Assembly (NCBI GenBank): GCA_964016885.1
Contig: OZ024743.1
Coordinates: 78,306,001 to 78,370,000 of the forward strand
Source of the DNA: Eledone cirrhosa
Taxonomy: Eukaryota
DNA length: 64,000 bases
Direction of reading: 5' to 3'
Of this stretch, positions 1 to 12,387 are shown one piece after another (positions within the stretch are counted from its first letter, which is position 1; each line of letters begins with the position of its first letter). The notes under the pieces were generated by a model. It was not told where the DNA came from and did no database searches. It saw nothing but the letters and a program-made list of their open reading frames with translations. A program made the translations under genes and the position numbers.

Positions 1-10
1 ATATTTATTG

Positions 11-45
<35 letters not shown>

Positions 46-187
46 TCTTTTTCTCTTCTACTTCGCCCGTTGTTTCCTCAGCCTCACCTTCATATTTCTT
101 ATCATGTTTTATTCATTCTGACGACTGAAAACAGATATATCTGCTTTCACTGGTAAATGAAATAATTATCTTATTTTGTTTATCACA

Positions 188-235
<48 letters not shown>

Positions 236-1165
236 CGTGAGTGTGTGTGGCGTTGTCATTTGATGTTGTTGAAAAGGGGAGTGGCCTTGAGCCGGCAATA
301 AAAACTGGAGACAAGGCACACACAGACACACACACAACTTTGTTTGTGTGTGTGTGTGTGTGTGTGTGTAAGTGCGCGCGCGCGTGTGTATATGTGTGTG
401 TATCTATCTATGTATATATATATATATATAAGGGATACAGATATTGTTTGTCACCAAGCATCTCAATTCATTCGTTGCAATTTAGTTTGCGATCGAGGCA
501 CTTTATTTTGCAAGGTACTATTTTTTCCCTCGAGTTTGTGATTCAAGAGAAACTCTTCATATTTTGCATCTTTTGTATTTTGACTTTACAGTTTGAATTG
601 TAGAATTGTCTATCCACTCAAAATATTACAACAGGTAACAGTGAAATATAGAATTTAAAAAAAAAAGCTTTTTTGACTGAGATCAAATCTTTGAGAACAT
701 TCACCTCTTTTTGTTTTTAAATATATAATTTGAAATAGCTTGTTTTGTTTTGGACTGAAACTTTTTTGGATTTAATTCGTACGAGTATTTTTTAAAGACC
801 TTTTTAAAGATTCTAACATAACTTGATTTGGCCCAGTAATCTACTGATATTAAAACCAGTAGTATATTGAAAAATGAAAAAATAGGGGGGTGGGGGGCGT
901 TTCCTGATTTTGAGGGGCAAAAGGGGACGTTTGGCCGAAATGGGTTGAGGACTTTGTCCTAACAGATAGTACGAACAATACGCGGATAATTTACATCTTG
1001 ATGTTGTAGCTAAGTATATTTTATGTTTATACCTTTATTTATTTGTATAGGTAAGTATACCTTACCGTATGTTTTGTGGAGGTAATATACTTTCTCGTAC
1101 GTATATATGTTTGTATTTGTTATAGGTGTATATATTATATGTATTGGTATGTGAGTATATGGTTA

Positions 1166-1196
<31 letters not shown>

Positions 1197-1246
1197 ATAT
1201 GTATGTATATGTATGTATATGTATATATGTATGTATATTATATATG

Positions 1247-1278
<32 letters not shown>

Positions 1279-1284
1279 TATGTA

Positions 1285-1404
<120 letters not shown>

Positions 1405-1558
1405 AAAGTTCTATTTAAAATTGTTGGGATACAACAAGTAAATAAGAAAGAGATGCATGGAGAAAAAAGAAAGAGATAAATAAAGACAGGAGGAAAGAAA
1501 AACTTGTTGACTTGAGTAAATATAATTTCTATTTTCAGGCCGTGCGTATATATATATA

Positions 1559-2060
1559 TGAAAACCAGCTGTCATAAGGCAAAAAGTATCGTAGTGTGTA
1601 TCAATTTTAAATTATAAAGATAAGCTAGTTTTTACAGTCTTATAATTTAACAGTCTATAATTTAAAATTGATACACACTACGATACTTTTTGCCTTATGA
1701 CAGCTGGTTTTCACGCCGTAACATTAGATACATTATATACCCCCCACCTAAGTAATGTCAGGGTCTCCTTAAATAGTTTATTGATAGCATAGTTGTAATT
1801 GTTGTTATTGTTCTAATTGAATGCCATAACTACTCCATATTACTATATGGAGTAGTTATTTTCTTTTCTTTTCTTGCCTGTGTATTTTCTTCATTCTCGC
1901 ATGCGCCGAAGATCTGACTGGTTATAATTCTGTATTGGCGATCGAGTAACGCAAAATTAAGCGGATAGCGATCTCTAGACATACCAGTTCAGTGAAACAA
2001 ATGTAAGCTATGTGATTAAAAACTTTTTTGTATAGCAAACCATGTAAACCTTCTTTCCTG
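1559..2060 (+). mobile_element. Penelope-like pLTR remnant with 58-bp fold-back (1559-1616 / 1656-1713) and degenerate hammerhead
   Basis: Inverted arms tgaaaaccagctgtc...aaattata / tataattt...cagctggttttca; hammerhead-like motif at 1897-2015; flanked by (TA)n. Confidence 0.55.
1897..2015 (+). ncRNA. Degenerate type I hammerhead ribozyme
   Basis: tcgcatgcg-CCGAAGA-tctgactggt...accagttcagt-GAAA-caaatg-TA-agctatgtga; U4->C change in core. Confidence 0.45.
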
Positions 2061-2660
2061 ATATATATATATCTGTGTGTCTTTCTCTAGCAATGTGTAC
2101 ATTCTGGAGATTAAACCCAAATTTTGGTATATTGATCTCAAGGTTTAAACTAAACATATAGTCATTATTAAACAATGTTTAACTTCTCATATTATATATC
2201 TATGTCCCATTCATGAAAATTAATATTTATATTTTTATTACTCATTTCATATGAATTGTTAACTCAACTTAACATGACACGATGTAAAGTTTTCATAAAC
2301 TCCCTCTCTCTCTATATAACATTTCTCGCTCTTCAGTTTTTCTATCTGTCTGTTGACCTAATATCTCTCTGTTGCTTTCCTCTGTTTTTCTTATGTCTTC
2401 CTTTTTTCTTCTTTCTTCCTTTCCTCCTGTCTTTACTTATCTCTTTCTTTTTTCTCCATGCATCTCTTTCTCTCTCTCCGATATTTCTCCACGTTTCTTT
2501 CTCTCCGTCTTTTTCTTTCTCTCCGTCTTTTTCTAATTGTCCTTAACACTAAGACTTATTAAAATTATATAAACAATTCACTATCCGGATGACTTCCCAA
2601 AACAATGGTTGCATTTTAATAGGGTACGCCAAAGCTTATTTGTAAAACTGTTATATATTG

Positions 2661-2725
2661 TATTTTGTCTGATGAAGGCATACCATAATTTAATTTGGTA
2701 TCCCTGAAATATGTATAATGAAATA
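2661..2725 (+). ncRNA. Type I hammerhead ribozyme
   Basis: tattttgt-CTGATGA-aggcatacca..tggtatccct-GAAA-tatgta-TA-atgaaata; stems I and II pair, stem III short and near-palindromic. Confidence 0.75.
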
Positions 2726-3095
2726 AATATGGTTTTATAAATATAGTTTCCATTTATTAATATCGTATATATATATATATATATATATTAGAAAGTGAGG
2801 TTTTTTTACAAAATGAAAAATAACCGAGGTGTCCTACACGAGTGAAAGTATAAAGAAAAAGAGATGAAATCGAAAATGCAACTGGAGTCTGATTTAAAAA
2901 AAAAAATAAGACTCATGTGTATATTTCTTTCTATGTGTATATATGTGTATGTATGTGTCTATGTGTGTATATGTATGTATATGTATGTGTGTGTGTATAT
3001 ATGTATGTATATGTATGTGTGTGTTTGTATGTATGTGTGTATATGTATGTATATGTGTATATGTATGTATGCGTATGTGTATATGTATGTGTATG

Positions 3096-3149
<54 letters not shown>

Positions 3150-3170
3150 TATATAATAATAATATATGTG

Positions 3171-3899
3171 GGCGATATCCAATTTTAGTGGACTAAATGC
3201 TGCTTACGTGCTGTAGTTGCTGCTTACTTCAATGTATGAGGCTATTCCAACAAATTTACATTCCCTTTTTTTAGTCGTTAAAAGAAATATAGATTTATTT
3301 ATTGTTTTTTTTTGGCGATTTATTTGCCACTGGGGCATAGATTTCTTTATTTGACACGATTTTGTTTGTTTGTTTGTTTTTTTTTGCGATTTATTTGCCA
3401 CTAGAGCATTAGGCGGGTAGCGAAAGTAGCAATAATGGCCCGTGTAAGCGGGCCATCTCTCTATATCGGCTTGTACAGTTAAGAGAGGAAGGGAGCAGCC
3501 CCCTCTCTCTGTGCTCCCTGGCAGAAAGGTCGCACACTTTCTACGGGGGTGTGTGTGACCCCAAAAGGCTGCCTCTCTATTGAGGACTTAATTTTTTATA
3601 TTCCTTTTTAATCATTCGTTAAATGTTTGTACTTGATTTTTGTAAAAAATTCCCCCGCCTAATGCTCTAGTGGCAAATAAATCGCAAAAAACAAACAAAC
3701 AAACAAAAACGTGGCAAATAAAGAAATCTATGCCCCAGTGGCAAATAAATCGCAAAAAAAAACAATAAATAAATCTATATTTCTTTTAACGGCTAAAAAA
3801 AAAAGGGAATGTAAATTTGTTGGAATAGCCTCATACATTGAAGTAAGCAGCAACTACAGCACGTAAGCAGCATTTAGTCCACTAAAATTGGATATCGCC
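3171..3899. mobile_element. MITE/fold-back element with ~247-bp inverted arms (3171-3417 / 3654-3899)
   Basis: ggcgatatccaattttagtgg...cattaggcggg versus its reverse complement; TG/TA flanks in a TA tract. Confidence 0.7.
3418..3653 (+). mobile_element. 5'-truncated Tx1-like LINE 3' end in the centre of the fold-back
   Basis: Encodes AKVAIMARVSGPSL (cf. VARMARVNGP at ORF2 ends of the other copies) followed by a 3'UTR similar to the reverse complement of ~14480-14600. Confidence 0.7.
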
Positions 3900-3900
3900 T

Positions 3901-4598
3901 ATATATGCAGTAAGAAACACAGTAAACCGTGTGTCTAATATTACAAGGGTTGAAAGACCACATTTGTTTGAAATATTTAACCATGAAGCAGACAGAATGA
4001 TAAAATAAAATTACATTATACAAACCGTCTCAATAACAATTATATCTCTCGGACAGAATATTATTATTATAATGCTCAGTATTTTATACTTGGAGCTTAA
4101 TAGTTACAGGGTTTCAATAAGAGTTATTAACTCTAATTTTCATTTAGTGAGGTGAGCTTATTAAGTTGCGTGTGTTGGACTATTGTTTCTAACCAATACA
4201 CGCTTACTACGTTTGACTAGCGGCGCACGAGGTGATAAATTCATCTTTCTGTGTGAACGTTGGTGCATAGTGTTTGTCGCATTTAATCAGATTCTCTCGC
4301 TGATGATGCCCATGATTATCTGTTGCAAACACACTCAGGGCGAAACAGATTAGGGATAATCTGTCCGAGAGATATAATTGTTATTGAGGCGGTTTGTATA
4401 ATGTAATTTTATTTTATCATTCTGTCTGCTTCATGGTTAAATATTTCAAACAAATGTGGTCTTTCAACCCTTGTAATATTAGACACACGGTTTACTGTGT
4501 TTCTTACTGCATATATATTATTATTATAATGCTCAGTATTTTATACTTGAAGCTTAATAGTTAGAGGGTTTCAATAAGAGTTATTAACTCTAATTTTC
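3901..4598 (+). mobile_element. Penelope pLTR/retrozyme-like element: inverted segment (3901-4057) + ~456-bp unit + partial direct repeat (4515-4598)
   Basis: 3901-4057 is the reverse complement of ~4360-4517; 4059-4141 recurs at 4515-4598; contains an intact hammerhead. Confidence 0.75.
4293..4372 (+). ncRNA. Type I hammerhead ribozyme, intact; predicted cleavage after GUC at 4365
   Basis: tctctcg-CTGATGA-t-gccc...gggc-GAAA-cagatta(ggga)taatctg-TC-cgagaga: 7-bp stem I, 4-bp stem II base, 8-bp stem III. Confidence 0.9.
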
Positions 4599-4824
4599 CT
4601 TTATATATATTTATATATATATATATGTATATTTGTATATATGTGTAGAAATATGTATATATGTATACGTATATATATATATGTATTTGTATGTGTATAT
4701 GTGTGTGTCTATGTATTTATTATATGTATGTGTATGTGTATATGTATATATATGTATATATGTGTGCATGCGTGTGTGTATATGTGTATATGTATGTGTG
4801 TATATATATGTGTGAATATGTGTG

Positions 4825-4860
<36 letters not shown>

Positions 4861-4863
4861 TGG

Positions 4864-4904
<41 letters not shown>

Positions 4905-5002
4905 GTATATATATATATATATATGTGTGTATATGTGTGTGTATATATATGTATATATATATATGTGTGCATGGGCATGTATATGTATACGCATGTGCAT
5001 GT

Positions 5003-5036
<34 letters not shown>

Positions 5037-5672
5037 ATGAAAGACGTAAAATAAGAAAATTTTAAGATTAACTTACTTACTAAAATTTTCACTCCAACTC
5101 ATTAGTTTCTGTAAGGGAATAAATATAGTTACGTAACGCAACTATAGAGAAGTACTTACGTCATCAGGGAGTCTATTCTCAGCTAAGTTCCCAGGCAATG
5201 CGCGGACTCTAGGAACCCTAATAATTCAGTGGATGGAAAAAAGCTTGCGGGGACTAGATTCCAGGGCACTGAAAAAATTCACTGCCTACTTGGTCAGTGG
5301 CAAATTCTAAAGAATCAATCACGTGACACTGAGGTTAATCAGTGAGGAGTGGGGTCGTATTATGACAAGAGCCTAACTACTACCATGAACCATAGCAGTA
5401 AATTTTGGCAAGTTTTGCTCAACAAATAATTTGGAGATAAATATAGAGAATTAGTATATCTACCAACATATGTATACAGATGTATACCCATGCTAGCAAA
5501 TATATATGTTATGTCGTAGTACTTTTGTGGTTTTATGCAGGGGGATGCAGAACAATTATATGAAAGACGTAAAATAATAAAATTTTAAAATTAACTTACT
5601 TACTAAAATTTTCACTCCATGGTAGTAGTTAGGCTCTTGTCATAATATCACCCCACTCCTCACTGATTAACC
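5037..5672 (-). mobile_element. Diverged copy of the ~540-bp hammerhead-containing repeat family, with a terminal inverted piece (5620-5672)
   Basis: Homologous to the 5990-7410 units; hammerhead at 5091-5172; partial second unit ends at ~5618; 5620-5672 is the reverse complement of ~5334-5386. Confidence 0.75.
5091..5172 (-). ncRNA. Type I hammerhead ribozyme
   Basis: Minus strand: actcc-CTGATGA-cgtaag...cttaca-GAAA-ctaatgag-TT-ggagt. Confidence 0.75.
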
Positions 5673-5741
5673 AATATCGGAGTATTGACGGAGTAAAACA
5701 CTTTAACAACATGTGTACCTGTCTCTACCCCAGTAATTCGG

Positions 5742-5796
5742 ACTGCCTGAAGAGGTCACAGCCAATGATGGCTGTCACCGAAATATATATAGCAGT
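5742..5796 (+). ncRNA. Type I hammerhead ribozyme with palindromic stem III
   Basis: actgc-CTGAAGA-ggtcacagcca(atga)tggctgtcacc-GAAA-tatata-TA-gcagt, followed by AATAAA. Confidence 0.85.
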
Positions 5797-5945
5797 ACAT
5801 CTTTAATAAACGAAGCCAAATTTTAAATATTTGACTTAATTATTTTATTTTACATTACTCCGGAGTAACCAAACCAACCAGCGTACTTCGTCGAGTGCTC
5901 CAATCTGCATACTGAGGTATCGGTAAACAACCAACATATACTCAA

Positions 5946-5996
<51 letters not shown>

Positions 5997-6053
5997 GACG
6001 TAAAATAAGAAAATTTAAAAAAAAATTAAAAAAATTAACTTACTAAAATTTTC

Positions 6054-6135
6054 ACTCCAACTAATTAGTTTCTGTAATTGGATAAAGACAGTTACGTAAT
6101 ATAACTATCGAGAATTCTTTACGTCATCAGGGAGT
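6054..6135 (-). ncRNA. Type I hammerhead ribozyme (array unit 1)
   Basis: actcc-CTGATGA-cgtaa...ttaca-GAAA-ctaattag-TT-ggagt. Confidence 0.75.
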
Positions 6136-7122
6136 CTATTCTCACGCGCGGACACTGGGGACTCATATAAAAATAATAATAATTCGGTAGATGGAACAGC
6201 TAGCGGGGACTGGATTCCATGCACTTAAAAGCTCGCTGTCTCTGGTCAAATGGCAGATTCTAAAGAATCAATCACGTGACACTGAGGCTAGTCGGAAGGA
6301 GTGGGTTGGTAAGATGACAGAAGCCTACTACCACACCAATGAATTAGTAGTGGTTTTGGCAGGTTTGCTCAACAAATAAATAATTTGGAGATAAATATAG
6401 AGAATTTTGTATATCTACAAACATATGCGTACAGATGTACGCTAATGCTAGCAAATACATAAGTTATGTCATAGTACCTAGGTGGTTCAATGCAGGAGGA
6501 TGCAGAACAATAATATGAAAGATGTAAAATAAAAAAATTAAAAAAAAAATTAAAAAAATTAACTTACTAAAATTTTCACTCCAACTAATTAGTTTCTGTA
6601 ATGGGATAAAGACAGTTACGTAATATAACTGTCGAGAATTCATTACGTCATCATGGAGTCTATTCTCAGCTAAGTCTCCAGGCAATGCGCGGACACTGGG
6701 GACTCATATAAAAATAATAATAATTCGGTAGATGGAACAGCTAGCGGGGACTGGATTCCATGCACTGAAAAGCTCGCTGTCTCTGGTCAAATGGCAGATT
6801 CTAAAGAATCAATCACGTGACACTGAGGCTAGTCGGAAGGAGTGGGATGGTAAGATGACAGAAGCCTACTGCCACACCAATGAATTAGTAGTGGTTTTGG
6901 CAGGTTTGCTCAACAAATAAATAATTTGGAGATAAATATAGAGAATTTAGTATATCTACTAACATATGCGTACAGATGTACGCTAATGCTAGCAAATACA
7001 TAAGTTATGTCATAGTACCTATGTGGTTCAATGCAGGAGGATGCAGAACAATAATATGAAAGACGTAAAATAAGAAAATTAAAAAAAAAATTTAAAAAAT
7101 TAACTTACTTACTAAAATTTTC

Positions 7123-7204
7123 ACTCCAACTAATTAGTTTCTGTAATGGAATAAAGACAGTTACGTAATATAACTGTCGAGAATTCATTACGTCATCAGG
7201 GAGT
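7123..7204 (-). ncRNA. Type I hammerhead ribozyme (array unit 3)
   Basis: actcc-CTGATGA-cgtaatg..gacagtta..taactgtc..cattaca-GAAA-ctaattag-TT-ggagt. Confidence 0.8.
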
Positions 7205-7626
7205 CTATTCTCAGCTAAGTCTCCAGGCAATGCGCGGACACTGGGGACTCATATAAAAATAATAATAATTCGGTAGATGGAACAGCTAGCGGGGACTGGA
7301 TTACATGCACTGAAAAGTTCGCTATCTCTGGTCAAATGGCAGATTCTAAAGAATCAATCACGTGACACTGAGGCTAGTCTGAAGGAGTGCGATGGTAAGA
7401 TGACAGAAGCTTTTCAGTGCATGGAATCCAGTCCCTAACTAGTTGGAGTGAAAATTTTAGTAAGTAAGTTAATTTTTTTAATTTTTTTTTAATTTTCTTA
7501 TTTTACGTCTTTCATATTATTGTTCTGCATCCTCCTGCATTGAACCACGTAGGTACTATGACATAACTTATGTATTTGCTAGCATTAGCGTACATCTGTA
7601 CGCATATGTTAGTAGATATACTAAAT

Positions 7627-7704
<78 letters not shown>

Positions 7705-8803
7705 AGTTCTTATACCTTCCTTGACCTACAGGACGGCTGTATGTTGTGTTGGAAAAGAACCGCATAACCCATGCAAGCATGGAAAAACAAATGCAAAATG
7801 GTGATGGTGATGATTTTAAATATATATGGTTCAAGGCAGTGTTAGGAGGGAAAGGAAATGAGGTGTGTCTCCACCTCCAATATTGAATATACTGAGGGAA
7901 TTTTTTCATCCAGTTATTAGGTTGTCTCTATACTTTTTTCCACTGCGTCTTCCTTTCAAATGGTAATTAGATATAATTTTTATAAACTACTTATTTTTGC
8001 ATTCAATTATGTATGTAATTATCACATAATTATTTAATTTGCTTTGACATTCTGCAAATTTTCATTGTCTATTTAACTCTTTTTGCGTACCTAAATGATG
8101 TGTGAAGAAAAAGATGTATATTCGCTCATGTCTATCTCCTGGTCTCGTATAGATTTCGACAAGGGGATTTTGATCCATTCCTGTCCAGTGTAGCTTTGTT
8201 GTATTGTCTTTGTGTTTGCCGGTTGGTATTGTAGGGCTTGAAATTTTAGAGCATTTTCTATAAAGATTTTCTTTATAGTTTTTTCTATGGTCTTTACAAA
8301 CACTAGCTCCATACCATAACTCCTCATTTATATATATATTTTTAAAAAATATATATCTATGGTCATATACTAATCTCATACCATTCGCATCACCTCATTA
8401 ATTCCTTATAGTGCATATCCCCTTTAACGATGTCTAAACAGGATAACATACCCACTAGTCTGTGACAAACTAATGACCAGCTTAAACCTCCTACCCCTAG
8501 TACAACATCGCATTCTTTCATCTCATATCACGCAAAGCCCGACCACATCCACACCACACACATCACCACGTACAGGCCGACATGTCTAGGGCAAGCCAAA
8601 ACACCACACCCTGCCACTCACATCAACCATTGCTCCTCACCACTACCTCGTCACTACACTCACCCCCACCCCACCTATCGTATATGCCAAAACATTCCTC
8701 ATAATTAAACCACCAATCAAAACAACATAAACTGACCAACATATGAATGCGAAATGTTAGACATTTATATGCCATGTATATTTATTGTCATTACTACAAC
8801 AGA

Positions 8804-8888
8804 GGTCAGACGAGCTTTTGATTCCAGAGTCGGACCAGATCGATACAGATCGAACCTTGAGCTGATCAATAGTGAAACGCACATCACC
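8804..8888 (+). ncRNA. Degenerate hammerhead ribozyme
   Basis: ggt-CAGACGA-gcttttgat...atcaatagt-GAAA-cgcaca-TC-acc followed by AATAAA; U4->A. Confidence 0.4.
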
Positions 8889-9038
8889 AATCAATAAACG
8901 TAACGAAGGCTAAATAAATCGTCCTTGTATTAATATTATATTACACTCTGTCTAGCTCTACTACACCTCGCCACTGACATGAACCTAAACATCGAGTGCT
9001 CAGCTGGGTGAACCTAGAGTAACCTCACGTTACACTCC

Positions 9039-9094
<56 letters not shown>

Positions 9095-9099
<5 letters not shown>

Positions 9100-9390
9100 A
9101 AAATGGAACGGGAACAAAATAGAGAGACAGTACGAACAAAGGTTTATTAGTTTCACGCTCTTGAGAGGGGGGGGGACGTTTCGGGCATAAGCACTTCTTC
9201 AGGCGAAAAGTGTGTGGGAAGAGAGTTCCAAGGGTATGTAGGGGAATGGGGGAGAGACATTTAGAAAAAAGGGGGTGAGAGGAAACGGTACTAATGAAAA
9301 TAAATATAAAAACATAATAAAAATTAAAATAAACATATATATATAAGGAGAAGAGATCGAAAATGCAACTGGAGTCTTTTAACGAATATT
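9095..9390 (-). mobile_element. Penelope (Neptune-like) 3' pLTR fragment with minimal hammerhead at 9175-9206
   Basis: Minus strand CTGAAGA-agtgc(ttat)gccc-GAAA-cg-TC; homologous to 31990-32230. Confidence 0.65.
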
Positions 9391-9999
9391 TATTTGTTTT
9401 CCTTATCAACACCACCTCCTCCTCATTAGATGTGACTAACAGAAGGTGAGTCATCAATATCAGTCAGCATAACAGCTGCAGCAGGGTTGGAACAAACTGG
9501 CACTCAAAGAATGAGTTGAGTTTTAGTTTCTGTTGATAAATCAATGTTCACGATTTTACCATCAGGGGTTCTCACATATATAACAGAGAATTGGATATCC
9601 TTCACAATGAGGGTGGGGTCACCATTTTCATCATCCTTGCTTTCTCTACTCTCTTTAACAAAACTTTCATCCATTGTTTCTTCTTTTAACACTTAGTTGG
9701 AATGGCTTCCTTTGTCTTCTAGCCAGATTCTACTGACATCTTCTGTAGCATGTTTCACCTGCCTTTTGAAGTATATCATATCACAAAACTGTCAAACAGA
9801 ATATTACAGACATGAGGTTATAGTAGTTCTTAACTGTTACTTACAGTTCTTTCTTCTTGTGTGTCTTCCATAAGATTCTCCTCCTTTATCACCATGACAC
9901 TTTTGTTCACATCTTTAGTCATGAACTCTAGTGAGCCTCAAAACGCCAAATCAAACTGCAATGTAAAACTCGAAAGATAAAGAATAACTGGTGGTGTGA

Positions 10000-11835
10000 A
10001 GTTTCAAAAGAGATGCAAGAAGAAATAGGGCTTATAGCTGCAGAGACATGAAGGCATTATACAGCAAAATAAGGCAAGATTTTTGGTCCACAGCCCTAAA
10101 AAGTGGTACCATTGAAGTCAAAAGATGGGAACGCCCTCATCGTAGATCCAACGGGAATCATGAGTCAGTGGACTAAACACTTTAAATATCTGTTTGACAA
10201 CCCATCAGTAGTTGATGAGGGAAGTATTAATGGACTGCCTCAAAAAGAGACTGTAACAGATCAATGATCCAACCATTGATGAGTTAAGGTCTACTGCTAC
10301 AGCCGTTCATAGGCTCTCGATATACAAGGGCAAGGGCTCCAATTCGGAATGTGGTGATTGTCATGGTATAAGTCTGCTCGAATCAGTAGGAAAGTCTTAT
10401 CCAATGTCTTGCTGAATCATCTAATAAAATGGATCTACCCTGTTGTCATCCCTGAGACCCAGTGTGGATTCAGAGCTGGCCGGGGTACTATGGACATGAT
10501 TTTCTCAGCCCAACAGCTTATAGTGAAATGTGTTGAGCAACAAGTGTCACTATACCAAGTATTTGCAGACCCTACCAAAGCCTTCGATACTGTTAATAGT
10601 AGTGCATTGTGGGTTATATTAGGGAAACTTGTATTCCTCCATGAATTTGTTGAAATATAAAAAAAAACTCCATAAAAATATGAAAGCAAAAGTGAACTTC
10701 AAAGGGACACTGTCAGAGCCAATATCAGTGGAAAATGGTGTGAAGCAAGACGACATACTTGCATCCACTCTGTTCTCCATCTACTTTGCCGGGGTGCTGA
10801 CATATGCATTCCAAGCCTTCTAAATCGGTGTATACTTGTGTATTAGAACTTCTGGCAAAGTATTTAATCTAAGACTGTTTAACACCAAGTCCAAAACATC
10901 ATCAGGCTTCTCTCGTTTTGGGGTAGGTAAACCCATAGCTAAACGGAGAGAGGGCGGTGTTGGCTTCGCCATTAGAACATCCCTGCTTGATCGTATGGAA
11001 TCTCCTATTGGTGTAACCGATCGCAATATGAAGCTTTGTATTCCTCTGAGACATGACTGTTATGTAACACTTTTATCTGTTTATGCACCAAACCTATAGT
11101 CCAGTGAGATGGTCATTGATTCTTTCTATGAGTCTCTTCGTGCTGCCATTGCATGCACACCTGCTGACGATAAATTATTACTTCTCGGTCATTTTAATGC
11201 TCGTGTGGGGAGTGATCACGAAACATGGGGCGCCCTCGATCCATTTGGTATTGGTAAAATGGACACCAGCGACCTGAGGTTGCTTGAACTCTGCTCAGAA
11301 CTCAACTTAACCGTCTGCAACACTCTTTTCCGCCAGAAGGTCAAATATAAATATACCTGATATCATCCAAAGGTTAACTATGCCTTTCATGCTACCGGGG
11401 TCGATAAAATAAAGTACCAGTAATGCACTGGGTAATTGCCAGCCTTGTGCCAAAAGTAGAAATAATTATACAAAGGCAAAGGGGAAAAATTGATATGTGG
11501 AAACCGTGGCATCACTTTGTTGGAAGCTTTTGGCAAGGTTCTTGTAAGACTTTTGTTCAACAGTCTGGAGGAGGATATCTGTCCTATAACTATCCCAGAA
11601 TCACAGAGTGGTTTTAGTGGAGGAAGAGGAGCAGTTGACATGATTTTCTCTGTAAGACAAATACAAGAAAAATGCATTGAGCAGTGTGTCCTATATCAAG
11701 TGTTTGTCGACCTAACGAAGGCTCTCGACACAGTTAACGGAGAGGTACTCTGGAGAATACTTGGAAAAGTAGGATGTCCACCCAAATTTGTGTGTATGCT
11801 AAAGCAGCTGCACAGAAATATGAAAATAATAAATA
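10000..11835 (+). mobile_element. Fragmented RTE (BovB-like) LINE pieces: RT, endonuclease, RT
   Basis: PETQCGFRAGRGTMDMIF..KAFDTV; GVGFAIR..YAP..GHFNARVG; PESQSGFSGGRGAVDMIF..FVDLTKALDTV. Confidence 0.8.
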
Positions 11836-12387
11836 AATAGGTGGACAAGCAAAACCAAGGGTTGTTCCCAGCGGAAAAGACCCAGAGATTTGTATGCGCA
11901 CATGTGAACATGTTAACAGTTTCTCATAGAACCATGTAGCTAAAGATGAGTCTATAAATCCTGAAAATATATATATTTTGTTGTTGCTGATGTTGTTGTT
12001 ATTGTCACTGTTGCTGTTGTTGGCTTCCTCTTGTTAATGGTATTGGTGGTGATTGCTGATATGATGATGGTGTATACACATATATGATGTTGTTGCTGGT
12101 GTTGTTGTTATTGTAACTGTTGCTGTCATTGCCTTCCTCTTGTTAATGGTAGTGATAGTTGTTACTGCCACCTGTCAAGCTGGCTGCTGAGTCAACTTCT
12201 GAGAGTGAAACTCCAATGCCTTCTTTATCACACTAACTTACTGCATTTTGTTTTATTCTATTTTTTATTGTCATTTTGATTTATTCCTGTTTTATATTTT
12301 CTGATGCGTAAATAGCATTTTTATACTTAACTTCTCATTCCTGAATTCTACCGCGTGGTGGATAGTCACTTCCACAAACAATTATAA

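Larger units (their letters stand above)
5990..7628 (-). repeat. Tandem array of ~525-545-bp hammerhead-containing units (about 2.6 copies) plus an inverted tail (7410-7628)
   Basis: Near-identical units; hammerheads at 6054-6135, 6578-6659 (C3->A) and 7123-7204; 7436-7628 is the reverse complement of ~6938-7135. Confidence 0.85.

Noticed and set aside
440-640. Possible non-coding first exon ending at CAG|gtaaca (634)
   Set aside because: Only a donor-like site; cannot be linked to the SLC22 gene without transcript data
6191-6920. Repeated 62-aa ORF MEQLAGTGF...
   Set aside because: Antisense to the hammerhead strand, no recognisable motif, and not preserved in the diverged copy
5990-7410. 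CRISPR-like or coding tandem array
   Set aside because: Units are ~540-bp whole repeats with no unique spacers; eukaryotic context
7930-8400. Short minus-strand ORFs of 105 aa and 78 aa
   Set aside because: No motif I can recognise; frames are broken by stops
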